Made by a program: the position numbers and the translations under genes | Notes under the pieces: model-generated | Told to the model about the DNA's origin: nothing | Databases searched by the model: none | What the model saw: only the letters and a program-made list of their open reading frames with translations | Shown here: positions 51,098 through 62,131 of the stretch, piece by piece | Layout of the letters: each line of letters begins with the position of its first letter | Position numbering within the stretch: position 1 is the first letter of the stretch | Origin: Azolla caroliniana | Taxonomy: Eukaryota; Plantae; Polypodiophyta | Assembly (NCBI GenBank): GCA_043228905.1 | Contig: JBHGNT010000016.1 | Span: forward strand, 6,820,001-6,884,000 | Reading direction: 5' to 3' | DNA: 64,000 bases

Positions 51098-54000
51098 TGT
51101 CGTAGTGTATTTTGTACACTACGTGAAAAACGTATATAGTATTAGATTCAATAAAAAATGAAGAAATAGAAGAAAATAGCAAAATAAATGGAACATGCAT
51201 AGGGCAAGATTCGAACCTTGCACCTCCATGTTAATAATGTAATGTCTTACCATTACACTAGCATTTCATTAGTGTTAAAGCATAGATGTCCCACATAGAA
51301 AGGTAAATTCACGCTAGGATAAACATTAGAAAAACGCATAACAAAAGAAAAAGCTACACATACACATCTAGCGTGCATGATAAAAAACGCACAAGTTAGA
51401 AAAAAGCATGATCACTTTAGATAAAGCATATAGTCTATCTATAGGAAAAGCATGGGGTCTATAGTTAGAGAAAAAGCATGGATTACTAAGACTTCCTCAT
51501 CACTACATAAGGATGGGAAGCACAATGTAATTGTGTGTGAAAAATATTTGGAAACTGGATATGTTTCTAAAAAACACCAATTAATAAACTATACACGTGG
51601 GATTCACGAGAATTCTATATCATTCTCTTTCAACCGAAGTTTATATTCTTATATTCATATTGATTAATCTAATACAATACACTCGTGGGATTCACGAGTT
51701 TGCTATAACTCTTTCTTACAACATATTTATATTCTTATTAGCCTTAAAACTCTCCTCTTCCTAGTCCAAAACCCCGGTGGTTCCCACCCGACTCACGCAA
51801 CGATCCGGAGCCGAAAGGCACGACACAGTTGGTGAACCCGACGTGAAGGCGGGTGGCAAGGAGATGGAGAATCAACAAGAGGCGATGAACATGATGATGA
51901 TAATGTTTGAGCGGATGCAACAAGAACGACGTGCGATGTCGGAGATGAAGGCGGCAGTAGAGCGGCTTCTGCGACGAAACGGGGAATTCAACGGTAAGGG
52001 TGTGTCACGCTACCTACGTGAATATAAGGCGGAGATGATGCAATATCGGATACCGGAAGGATTGCAAGTGATATCCTTTAGTCGGGTGGCCTCGGACGAA
52101 CTACAAGAGAGAATCCACAAGATACAACAACAAAACTCGACATGGGAGTCCTTTGAAGAAGCTTTACGGGAGGCATATGACTATGAGAGATGGACGGGAC
52201 GAGATCGACGAGAATTCGACGAATGGGTGGCATCGGAGAAGACTCACCGAAGTGCAACGCAAGCGTTCCTAGAGTTCGAGCATCGTTTTGCTCGACTCTC
52301 GGAGCGGGAACGAAGATTGGTGGGAGAAGATAAAGTCTTAATGTTCGTAAGATCGATCGATCGGAAAGAAAGGATGGACATTGGGATCGAACTCGAAGAT
52401 GATGACGGTGCGAACGGCCTTACCGAGGATTGGGCCAAAGTCGAAAGGGTATGCCGAAGACATGATGAAAGGAAGCTGAGAATCTCGTCAACAACGACAT
52501 GGCCCATGAAGGATGGTCGATTGAGGAAAAACGATGAAGCCAATATGAAGGCCGAAATACAACATGATGGTACCACGGGAGAAAGAGTGGAACAAGACAC
52601 CCACTCGTCTTGTGAAAGAACGATGGCGAAGGATAAGGCCGATAATTCAAGTGTAGAAGGAAATTTCGGGATACAAGTGCCCGAGACATCGGGTCAAAAA
52701 GGGGTAAGCATAATAGATGTTTGCATGATTGATGCAGATAAAGAGTGTGAAGCGGATGTGATTAAGGAGGTAGCCACAAAAGACGAAATCGAATCGGAAG
52801 GTGGCGGAGAGAAAACAAAGGTCGAAGTCGATGCATACGACAGAGAGATAGCCGAGAAGAATGCTAAGGGTGAAACTACGAAAGAAGGTAATACCGAGGA
52901 TTCATGCCAACAATATCTAGAGACTTCGGCGGTTGTGTCCAAGAACCAACGTGAGACCGGAGAGACGGGAGATGGCGGCGAGGAAGGTAAAGTCGGAAGT
53001 CGGTTCGGATGGAAAATGATCGATCCGAAATTCCAATCTAAAAGAAAGTGCGACAATGCGGAGGTCGGGTCTACGACGGGAGAAGCGCGTAATACAGAGC
53101 ACGCTCTACGGCGAATAAAGAAACGCGTGTTAAGGCGAATAAAGAAGCACGCGCTATGGCGAGAAAAGAAGCATGCATTACAACCACACGAGGACCGAAC
53201 AACGAGCACATATCGGAGGACCTACGTGGTGAACAACGGAAAGAAGTGCCGAAAGTCGAATCGGACAAGGCAGGTGAAAACGAAGAAAAGAAAGCAAATC
53301 CGGACGAAAAGAAAAGAAAAGAAACCGACCCGAAAGAGCACTGAATCGGTAAAAACCGATCAACCGAGTCCGGATCGACCGAATACAAATCGGAAAGGAA
53401 GCCGAACTAAACGAAAGACGATCCGACGAGACCGAATCGGAAGTAAGCTAATCCGACTAAACCGAAAATCCGAAAAGAAGTCGAGATTGATGAAGAAAAG
53501 AAAGAGGGCAAGAAAAGATACTACCGCGGATGACAAGGACCAAGCGGGCCATGCAAAAAGCGAACATAGAATATGGTGGATCGGATGGCGACAATGGTTC
53601 GGGTGGAAAGAATGGGTCTACTCAAAATGGAGAGACAAAGTTGACATAGCGGGACAAACGGAGGATGAAGGAGGAGACTAACAAACACCAACAACTTCGG
53701 CACATACCGGAGGATGTGCGGGTTTGGAGGGGGTGAGTGTCGTAGTGTATTTTGTACACTACGTGAAAAACGTATATAGTATTAGATTCAATAAAAAATG
53801 AAGAAATAGAAGAAAATAGCAAAATAAATGGAACATGCATAGGGCAAGATTCGAACCTTGCACCTCCATGTTAATAATGTAATGTCTTACCATTACACTA
53901 GCATTTCATTAGTGTTAAAGCATAGATGTCCCACATAGAAAGGTAAATTCACGCTAGGATAAACATTAGAAAAACGCATAACAAAAGAAAAAGCTACACA

Positions 54001-54465
54001 TACACATCTAGCGTGCATGATAAAAAACGCACAAGTTAGAAAAAAGCATGATCACTTTAGATAAAGCATATAGTCTATCTATAGGAAAAGCATGGGGTCT
54101 ATAGTTAGAGAAAAAGCATGGATTACTAAGACTTCCTCATCACTACATAAGGATGGGAAGCACAATGTAATTGTGTGTGAAAAATATTTGGAAACTGGAT
54201 ATGTTTCTAAAAAACACCAATTAATAAACTATACTCGTGGGATTCACGAGAATTCTATATCATTCTCTTTCAACCGAAGTTTATATTCTTATATTCATAT
54301 TGATTAATCTAATACAATACACTCGTGGGATTCACGAGTTTGCTATAACTCTTTCTTACAACATATTTATATTCTTATTAGCCTTAAAACTCTCCTTTTC
54401 CTAGTCCAAAACCCCGGTGGTTCCCACCCGACTCACGCAACGATCCGGAGCCGAAAGGCACGACA
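51098..54465 (+). mobile_element. Young non-autonomous LTR element with a single intact Gag-derived ORF
   Basis: 728-bp LTRs 51098-51825 and 53738-54465 differ at only 2 positions by eye. TSD ACGG, tRNA-Trp PBS 51830-51847, G-rich PPT before 53738. Confidence 0.97.
51864..53681 (+). CDS. 605-aa Gag-derived protein: capsid-like N-terminus, acidic middle, K/R-rich tail and Trp-rich C-terminal motif
   Basis: Uninterrupted ORF. Its N-terminus aligns with the family Gag (FNGKGVSRYL vs FDGKDATKYL; VLMFVRSID vs VLLFVKSVD; GLTEDWAKVERVC vs GLTTDWAAVRKVC). No zinc knuckle, PR, RT or INT. Confidence 0.85.
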   Translation: MENQQEAMNMMMIMFERMQQERRAMSEMKAAVERLLRRNGEFNGKGVSRYLREYKAEMMQYRIPEGLQVISFSRVASDELQERIHKIQQQNSTWESFEEALREAYDYERWTGRDRREFDEWVASEKTHRSATQAFLEFEHRFARLSERERRLVGEDKVLMFVRSIDRKERMDIGIELEDDDGANGLTEDWAKVERVCRRHDERKLRISSTTTWPMKDGRLRKNDEANMKAEIQHDGTTGERVEQDTHSSCERTMAKDKADNSSVEGNFGIQVPETSGQKGVSIIDVCMIDADKECEADVIKEVATKDEIESEGGGEKTKVEVDAYDREIAEKNAKGETTKEGNTEDSCQQYLETSAVVSKNQRETGETGDGGEEGKVGSRFGWKMIDPKFQSKRKCDNAEVGSTTGEARNTEHALRRIKKRVLRRIKKHALWREKKHALQPHEDRTTSTYRRTYVVNNGKKCRKSNRTRQVKTKKRKQIRTKRKEKKPTRKSTESVKTDQPSPDRPNTNRKGSRTKRKTIRRDRIGSKLIRLNRKSEKKSRLMKKRKRARKDTTADDKDQAGHAKSEHRIWWIGWRQWFGWKEWVYSKWRDKVDIAGQTEDEGGD

Positions 54466-55149
54466 ACGGTAAACCACCAATTTGAATACGGGGCACTCGA
54501 TGGCTCGAGGATGCCCATCTTCACCTTCTACTTCAACAACTCCATCAACTTCGGGATGTGAGCTCTGGGTACTAGAATCGGCTTGAGATTCCATGGTACA
54601 TGCGGTACCGTGAAGATAACCATTGGTTCAACGACCGTCAGGTCTACGCACTCGATCTCCTCTGGCGAGAAAGCGAAGGCCTTCCCATACCTCTCGAGCA
54701 TTCTCCGAAACCGTTCCTCCTCCGCCGGTAGTAGAAAGCCACCCCCACCGACCTTGAGCTGCCGTAGCATTATGTCGGTGAACCAGTGTCCGACGCGACC
54801 CCTTTCATCTGTAACTCGCTGCCCTCCGGCAAGGGTGCTGTGACTGGCCTCACCTTCCAGTCCATAGTTTTGTACCTTATATCGACACGGGCCACCCGAT
54901 CTGACTCGACCCCTTTCCCGAAGTCGGCGATGACTTCGTACATCCGTTCCGAACTAACCGGAATCATCCAGTCTTCACTGAGGCCATCTTCGAGCACGTT
55001 CCTCAGATCTCCCAAGGTGTCGTCGAAAGAGACCGCCTCCACGGCGTTGCCTATCACTTCGTCGGGGCCTAGGATTGTGCACGCCCTGAGACGTTCCTCC
55101 GCCCTCTTCTTCTCCCGGTCGGTGATGCCGATTATTGTACAACCTCCGT

Positions 55150-55715
55150 TGTTGTGAAGATTTTCGGCTATGGTGAGAAAACCAGGAGGGACAAATAAAA
55201 TGGGGATGTGCAACATTGCACATGCACTTGTAAATTTGTGTAATAAGAATAAGTAAACAAAATGTAATGGAAGGGTAATAATCTAAGGTGCTAAAGGTGC
55301 ACCACGAAGTTCGTAGAGGCCTGTGATGTGCACTTTGTAGAGTAGAATGAGTAGTGGGCATTGAGAGTGAATGTGATAGGAGAGAGAGAGAGAGTTAAGG
55401 CCCACTGATTTAAGATCCAGGGAGATATTCCCCATTAAATGAAAGGGGATTTGACTCCCTCTTGTAATGTGCTCACCTCTTATTACTATAAAAGGGAGTG
55501 AGGGGTCATTTGTGAAGGGGTTGCCTATTTTTGAGTGTAAAAGGTATACCACATAGCTCTAGGGTTCTTCTTCTTCCCTTTCGGTATAGGGTTAGGGTTT
55601 CGCTTAGGGTTTCCTTATTCATCTTCTTTACTTTACTTATCCGGTTAGGGTTTCTTGTAGTCATTGGGTTTTGGCCTATGCCGCCATGGTTGTATTTTGC
55701 ATAATATAACTTGTG
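55150..55715 (+). mobile_element. Truncated Trp-family LTR (35603-like R/U5)
   Basis: Starts TGTTGTGAAGATTTTCGGCTA, left flank CCGT, TATA and TAGGGTTT motifs as in the 35603 LTR. Confidence 0.8.
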
Positions 55716-58700
55716 ATCCTTCCGGATGTGATCGACTGCGTCACGTCACAAGCACCGATGCCCAGCCGGAGGCCTTCGGTTGCGAGGCTGCTCATCGCCG
55801 TCCCTCCTTGCTTGTGCAATCTGGAGGTCTCGTACCATTTGCATTAGCTCTTCCAGAGCCGCTCCTCCGGATGGGCCTTTGACCATGCTGGTCGATGTTG
55901 AGCCTGTCTCGAGCCAATCCCGGGTTTCTTCCCTTCGCACCGGCGGGGGTCCCTCGAGCTTTCTTGTCGCAACTGATCCCGCCCCTGATGGGCCCTTGTC
56001 GCCCCACTCACGCCGTTTGTGGAAACGGCCGCAGACTCTTTTCACCACGGCCCAGTCGGTCATCAGGCCGTTGTCTGTCTCCAGCAGGAGACCCACTTGC
56101 CCCCAATCCCGCACGTCCACAACCTTGACGAACAACAGAACCTGCCTCGTATCTAGTATGGTCCTGTCCAGTGCCGAGAGCCGTGCAAAGCATTCTGCAA
56201 ACTCCCGGAGGAGCACCGATGCATTTCTCCCCTTTTCGGGTGTCTCCACCCACTCCACGAAGTCCCGCTTCAATAGCCGAAGCGTGTCATCAAGCCCATA
56301 CTTCTCAAGGAGCCGACCTTCAAATTCTTCCAGGTCTGGCACTCAGCCCGCACCTCCAGCACCTCCGCGTGGATGCCCGCCGCCTATCCTTTGGAATGTG
56401 CCTCATTACCATTTCAGCTCGGTAGGCCTCCAGATAGCTCGTGGCGTCATTCCCACCGAACTGGCCTATTGTACCAACAATCGCTTCGATGGCCCTGTCG
56501 AGGGCGCCGATGCCCTCACACGCACAATGCGAAGGCTTTCCCGTGTCTCTCGAGCATCCTCCTGAACCGGTCCTCTTCCGCCGGTAGTAGGAAGCCTCCC
56601 CCACCAATCTTCAGCTCTCGTAGCGTTCTGTTGGTAAAACAATGTCCTATGCCGGCTGGATCTCGCAATCTGGGGTCGGCAGCGACCCCCTTTATTCGTT
56701 CCCAGTTGCCCTCAGGTAAGGGAACCACGACGGGCTTCACCTTCCGGTCCACAGTCTTGTACTTGGTGTCTACTCGGGCGATCTGATGCGCCCTAGTTTC
56801 CCTTTCAAAGTCCTGGATGCTTCGTACATGTTGACCGAGTTAACCAGTATGACCCGGTCTTCGCTCAGGCCTTCTTCGACTACGCTCCCGATTTCTCCAA
56901 GGGTGTCATCAAACGAGACCTCCTTCACGGCTTCCCCAATCCTTTCCCCAAGTGCATCTTGGCCTGTTTCCTATCTCGGCCACTAATGCCGGTTATGGCA
57001 CACACCCCGTTGTCGGAGAACAAAATTTTCCTACCTATATTACAGGTGTGGGGAATTTTTTGGCCATCCGGACTATCGCGGCCCCACACCTTGATAGCCC
57101 TTTCTAAAAATCCGCCTGATCGTTACTTCCGAGGGTGTCCCGGTTCGTCTCGTGATTCTTCCTCACCGTAAAAAACTAGACGGAATGACAGCCATCCTAA
57201 CTTTTTACCCTTGCGTAAGCCGAGCCATTGTCTAGCACTTTCATCTCCATTCTAGACGCCGTAATGTACAGTTCGCCGAGGATGACCTGGTGGGAAGACG
57301 TCTCTTCCACGAAAAAGTGATGGTTTATGTCGACGTCTCTGACGCTCACTCTGACATTCGGGCAAGCCCCGTGTAGTTCTTCCGTGGCTCTCGTAGCCAC
57401 GCGTATCTTCCACCCGTGTTTTGTGTTGATCGGCCATTTCCCCCTTTTGTAGAAGTCCATACACATCAGGTTGATTTCCGACCCGTTGTCGTGAAGAATT
57501 TCGGCCAGAGGCGGAAACCGGGAAACATTGGCTACATCGGCGGGGTGCAGCGTGTGTACCCACCCATGTACATTTACTGTGAATATCAAGGGCGCCTTTA
57601 TGGCGCCGAAGAGTAGTCAAGTCGGGGCAGACGATCCCATGTAAGGCGGGATTTGTCCCACATTGTAATGCATCCCTTTCCTTGTTCTATAAAAGGAAGG
57701 GAACGCCCTTTGTGAAAGGGGTTGCCCATTTTGCATTAGAGGGTATACCGTTAGGTTTAGAGTTAGGTTCTTCTTCTCTCTCCTTCGTGTTTTGCTTAGG
57801 GTTTGCTTTGGTTAGGCCTCCTGTGCAAGACCCCGCTCAGCGCGACGAGCTGAGAGCTCCCCGACGGCGGCTTGGCAGCTGACGACTACTGTAACCTACC
57901 CCAGTCCGGCTCGAAGCCGGGAATGTATTCTTCATATATATACATACATATACGTTTATGTTTGTCTGTGTATATTCGCGTCGTTGTTGGCGTCGGGAAC
58001 TTACCCTCTCCTGCATTTTCTGTACATAAGGCGTGAGTCGGGTTGAGCTACGTGTGTGTGTGTGTGTGTGTGAGTCGGTGTTAAGCTCGATCTCTCTCTC
58101 TCTCTCTCCCTTCGGTTGCTTCCGGTGTGTTTCTGGGATGCCCCAGAAACAGTGAAGCACGACTTCCTACGCTCTATCGCTCTCTAGTCCAAGACCCCCG
58201 TAGTCTCGCCTTTCTCCACGCACGCGCGTAACAACGCGACACCGTGGTTCCTCCTCGTTCTACCTCTTGAAGGCATTTATCCACTTCCCGGCCACCGGTG
58301 TCATTATTCGGGCCCCGTCGAGCTCCACGAGATGATACGTCGAGTTGTTGTTAGCGTTGATTACCATGTACGGCCCGAACCACCGTTTTGCGAACTTACG
58401 CGTAGACCGATGTTGGTTGTCGAGACTACTGTAGTAGACCAGCACCCAGCCGCCTTCTTCAATCTTCTTTGGCCGGAGTCAGTGCGTTCGGTCGAAAATG
58501 GCCTTGTTTCGGTTTCTCGCTTCCTTCACCCTCGCGGTTGCCCGTTCCACATCTTTCATCCTTCTCTCGAGTGGTCGGATGCGTACTGCCAACAACACCT
58601 CGCGGCTCATTTCGTCGGCCCAATCGATTGCCATCCAGGATGCAATTGTCCACTCCACCGACATGGTGGGTTTTTGCCCGAACATGAGTTCCGCTGGCAT

Positions 58701-59295
58701 GTACCCTGTCACCGAACTGTGGGTAGTCCTGTCCGCCCATAGCGCGTAAGGGAGTAGCCTCAGCCAGTCGCTGACTCGTCCTTCGCACACGCGTACAATG
58801 GTCTTTACGATCGGACCATGGCCCCGCTCAATCTTCTCATTCGCTTCAGGGTTGTATGCCTTGTGAGGGACAGCCTCATGCCTAACCGGTCGAACAGTTC
58901 CTCAGCCTCCTCCGCATCCAGCTCTCCTCGGTCAGCCACAATCTTTCCTCCGCACCTGTATCGGCATATGACATCTTCAATCAAAAATTTGCATACTGCC
59001 GTGGTGGTCTTATTTGTCAATGCTCGGCCCTCTGCTTGGTTTGTCAGATCTTCCCTTGCTAGCACCAAGTATCGCATCTTGCCTACTCCCATCAGCATCG
59101 TTACCAAGTCGACCATCCATTTGAAGTGTACGGTCGGTGGGTATGTTGGGTGCAACTCGTCGCGGTGACGAACCACCAAGTGCATTTGGCAACTTTTGCA
59201 TGTTGACACAAAGTCATGCACGCCCTTATATATACCTGGCCACCAATATTTCTCCTTTAGCTTCTCAAACGTGGCCCATGTACCCCGGTGCCCGG
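55716..59295 (-). mobile_element. Scrambled Trp-family Gypsy fragments: gag 55716-56520, pol start 56525-57106, frameshift site 57107-57113, PR 57197-57486, integrase 58250-59295
   Basis: Translated fragments match the near-intact copy at 59296 onward, but their order is not collinear. Confidence 0.8.
57487..58241 (+). mobile_element. Solo LTR of the Trp family
   Basis: TGTCG...CGACA termini, 4-bp TSD CCGT (57483-57486 and 58242-58245), inserted into the codons of the protease DHG motif. Confidence 0.93.
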
Positions 59296-59956
59296 TGTCG
59301 TGAAGAAAACCGCCCGCAAGAGGATCGGAGGAACAAGCCGTGGGAAACGGCTCTGCACACACGCGCGCCAAGAAGTACATACGAGGATCCTAGGTGGGTA
59401 GATTCGGGGGTATGCAGTTAATGCCAAACGGCCTCTTGACGGGCTATAAAAGGAAGAGGAAGAATAGAAGTGGGGGGCTCGCGCGGAGAGGACGAAGTGC
59501 TGCCGGACCGTTTCTGGGCGTTTCTCTCTCTCTCTCTCTGTGTTTCCTCCCTTCTCGAGCTCCATAGCTTCTGTGCAGGGTTCTGAGGAGGCTCGCGCTG
59601 TTTCGAGGAACGCCCGAGTGCTTCCGGCAGCACCTCCGACCTGCTACCCCGTTTGTGTTTCGAAGCGAACAGGCATCGGCATCTGTTCGCCGGCCTGTTC
59701 GGTTGTAAACAACCTGTGCCCCATCGAGGGTTGTAGTCGTGTTAGCCATTTTTGTTAATACACTTATTTAGTCATTCGCATCTGTCTGTGTCGGTGTCTG
59801 TTCGCGTTCTCCGTGCTGAAGGGCCGTGTCCCTGCGTATCCCCGGTCCTGCGTAGCCGGTTCTCTCTCTTTCTCCTCCCTTGCTTGCTCTTTGGTTCGAG
59901 ACCCCCGCGGTCCCGCCTCATTTTCACACGCACTTGCGTAATTATCTCGACATCTT

Positions 59957-59974
59957 TGGTGAACCCGACGTGAA
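59957..59974 (+). other. Primer-binding site complementary to the 3' end of cytosolic tRNA-Trp
   Basis: TGGTGAACCCGACGTGAA is the reverse complement of TTCACGTCGGGTTCACCA, the plant tRNA-Trp(CCA) 3' end as recalled from memory. Confidence 0.85.
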
Positions 59975-59996
59975 AGAGGCGGCAGAAGAGCAGGAA

Positions 59997-62131
59997 ATGA
60001 GAGGGTCGGATCTCGCAGAGGCCATGGCTTCGGCCGTGGATCGGATTGTAAACGCGCGCGAGAGCACCGGTGCCCTCGACAGAGCTATTGAGGCGGTCGT
60101 CGGCACGATCGGCCGGTTCGATGGGAAGGATGCCACGAAGTATTTGGCGTCCTACGGTGCAGAGATGCTGATGCGGGACATTCCGGAAGAAAGGCGTCTG
60201 GCCGGATTTCCCTGAGTAGCGATGCCGAGCATCCATGCGGAGGTGCTCGAGGTACGGACGGAGAGCCGTACCTGGGAGGAGTTCGAAGGTCGGCTCCTAG
60301 AGAAATACGGGCTGGACGACGCGCTCCGGCTTTCGAAGCGAAGGTTCATGGAATGGGTGGAGTCCCCGGGAAAGGGAAGAAACGCGTCGGCGCTCCTCCG
60401 GGAGTTCGAGGAGAACTTCGCACGCCTTTCGGCGCTTGACAGGATGGTCCTGGATACAAGCCGGGTCCTGCTGTTCGTCAAATCGGTTGACGAGAGGGAT
60501 CGGAGTCACGTGGGCGCCCTGCTAGAAACCGAAGACGGGCTCACTACCGACTGGGCGGCTGTCAGGAAGGTCTGTGGCCGTTTCGACAAACGGCGAGAAT
60601 GGGCGGATGACGGTGCGACCGGGTCGGGCTCGGTCGCAGCAAGGAAGTTCGAACCAGCGCCACGGGTGCGAAAGGAAGGGACCGGAGAGTGGTTGGACAC
60701 CGGTTCGGCTTCGACCGGCGTAGTCACAGGCTCAACCGGAGGAGCGGCGCTGGAGGAATTGACGAAGGCGATAAAGGACCTCCAAATCGCGCAGGCCCGA
60801 AGGGAAGGAGGCGAACCGGCTCGTGACCGACGGCCGGCGGCAGGAAACAGGTGCATGTGGTGCGATGAAGTCGGCCACATTCGGAAGGACTGCGGCGACT
60901 TCGCGGAGGCGCTGAGGCGCTGAGGAACAGGGTGGTGTACCTGTGGGAAGGACGGGTGCATGCCAGCGACACCCGAAGGGCCCTGAGCCGAAACGACGGA
61001 AAGGGTGGTATGAAAAGGTTGATGGAAGAGGCGGCGGCCCGACACGCGGAAACCGTCCACTACTCGGCGTCAGCCGGCATTCGAGTCGGGGGCGGCGAGG
61101 CCCGGGGGGAAAGCAAAGCCGGATTCTGGCCGACGATGCTGGAAGGCCTTGCCGGTGCAGGGCTTAAAAGGGAGGAATCGGACCGTGCGGAGAAACGGGT
61201 ACGGGAGATGACCGGGTGGAGCGACCCGGTCGAGGAAAAGACGGGCTTCGTGGAAGCCGCTTGCAGGAACTACGAGGCTCTGGTAGAAGAGAAGCGGGTG
61301 GGGAAACCCGGGACGACCGGGCCCTCACAACGATACGAGACCCGGTCCGGGCCACGACGGGACGAAGCCGGCGGGGCCGGTACGCGAGATAAACCCCAGA
61401 AGGGCGGGTACCGTCTGGGGACGGAGATAGAAAGAACCACGGACTTACGAAAGGTCCTGGAGGAACGGATCCTCGACAGCAAGGTGGAGCTGTCGTTACG
61501 AGAGGTGCTGGGAATCGCCAAGAAGGAGTTCCACGACTCCATCGTGGACTTGGTGAAGCGGAAGAGGCTGTCGGCGGAGACAGAACCGGAAAGACCGGTG
61601 GAAGTGCGGACGACGCACCTAGACGACATGGCTCTGGGAGACGAGTGGGCGGAAAGCCACTATTCGAGACCACATTGGGCCCGAGCGACCACGGAAACCC
61701 CGGTGAAGATCGGCGATGTCCAGGAACCGGTGGTAGCTTTAGTAGACCACGGATCGGAGATCAATTTGATGTCCATGGACTTCTATAAGAAGGGCAAATG
61801 GCCGATCAACACCAAGCACGGGTGGAAAATAAGGGCAGCAACGCGCGCCACCGAGGAACTGCACGGGGCCTGTCCGAATGTGCGAGTCAAGATCGGCGAT
61901 GTCGAGATTGACCAGCACTTCTTCGTGCAGGAGACGTCTTCGCATCCGGTCATACTAGGAGAGCCGTACATCACGGCGGCGCGAATGGAGACCAAGGTGC
62001 TGGACAACGGTTCGGCCTATGCACGGGTCAAGAGCCAGGACGGGCGCCATTCGGTCCAGTTTTTGACGGTTAGGCCGAACCACGAGCGTAACCGCGACTC
62101 CCTCGGTTCCGATAACCGAGAGGATTTTTAG
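59997..62131 (+). pseudogene. Gag-protease ORF1 with one nonsense codon (60213) and an 8-bp duplication frameshift (about 60906-60921)
   Basis: CMWCDEVGHIRKDC knuckle, protease VALVDHGSEINLM...VILGEPY, ends GAT TTT TAG. Confidence 0.88.

Larger units (their letters stand above)
48006..55149 (-). mobile_element. Trp-family Gypsy element, 3' portion (pol plus 3' LTR), interrupted by the 51098 element
   Basis: 3' LTR 48006-48684, integrase 48757-50050, RT (LPQGGTNS, PFLDD) 50160-51097, pol N-terminus 54470-55149. Confidence 0.88.

Noticed and set aside
51196-51266. Functional tRNA gene
   Set aside because: Acceptor and anticodon stems do not pair properly; reported only as a tRNA-like promoter module.
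51452-51667. Identical 71-aa ORF occurring twice (also 54092-54307)
   Set aside because: A consequence of the two near-identical LTRs; no recognisable protein features.
51864-53681. Envelope-like or domesticated host gene
   Set aside because: No signal peptide or transmembrane helix, and it lies between near-identical LTRs with a TSD, so it is still part of a mobile element.
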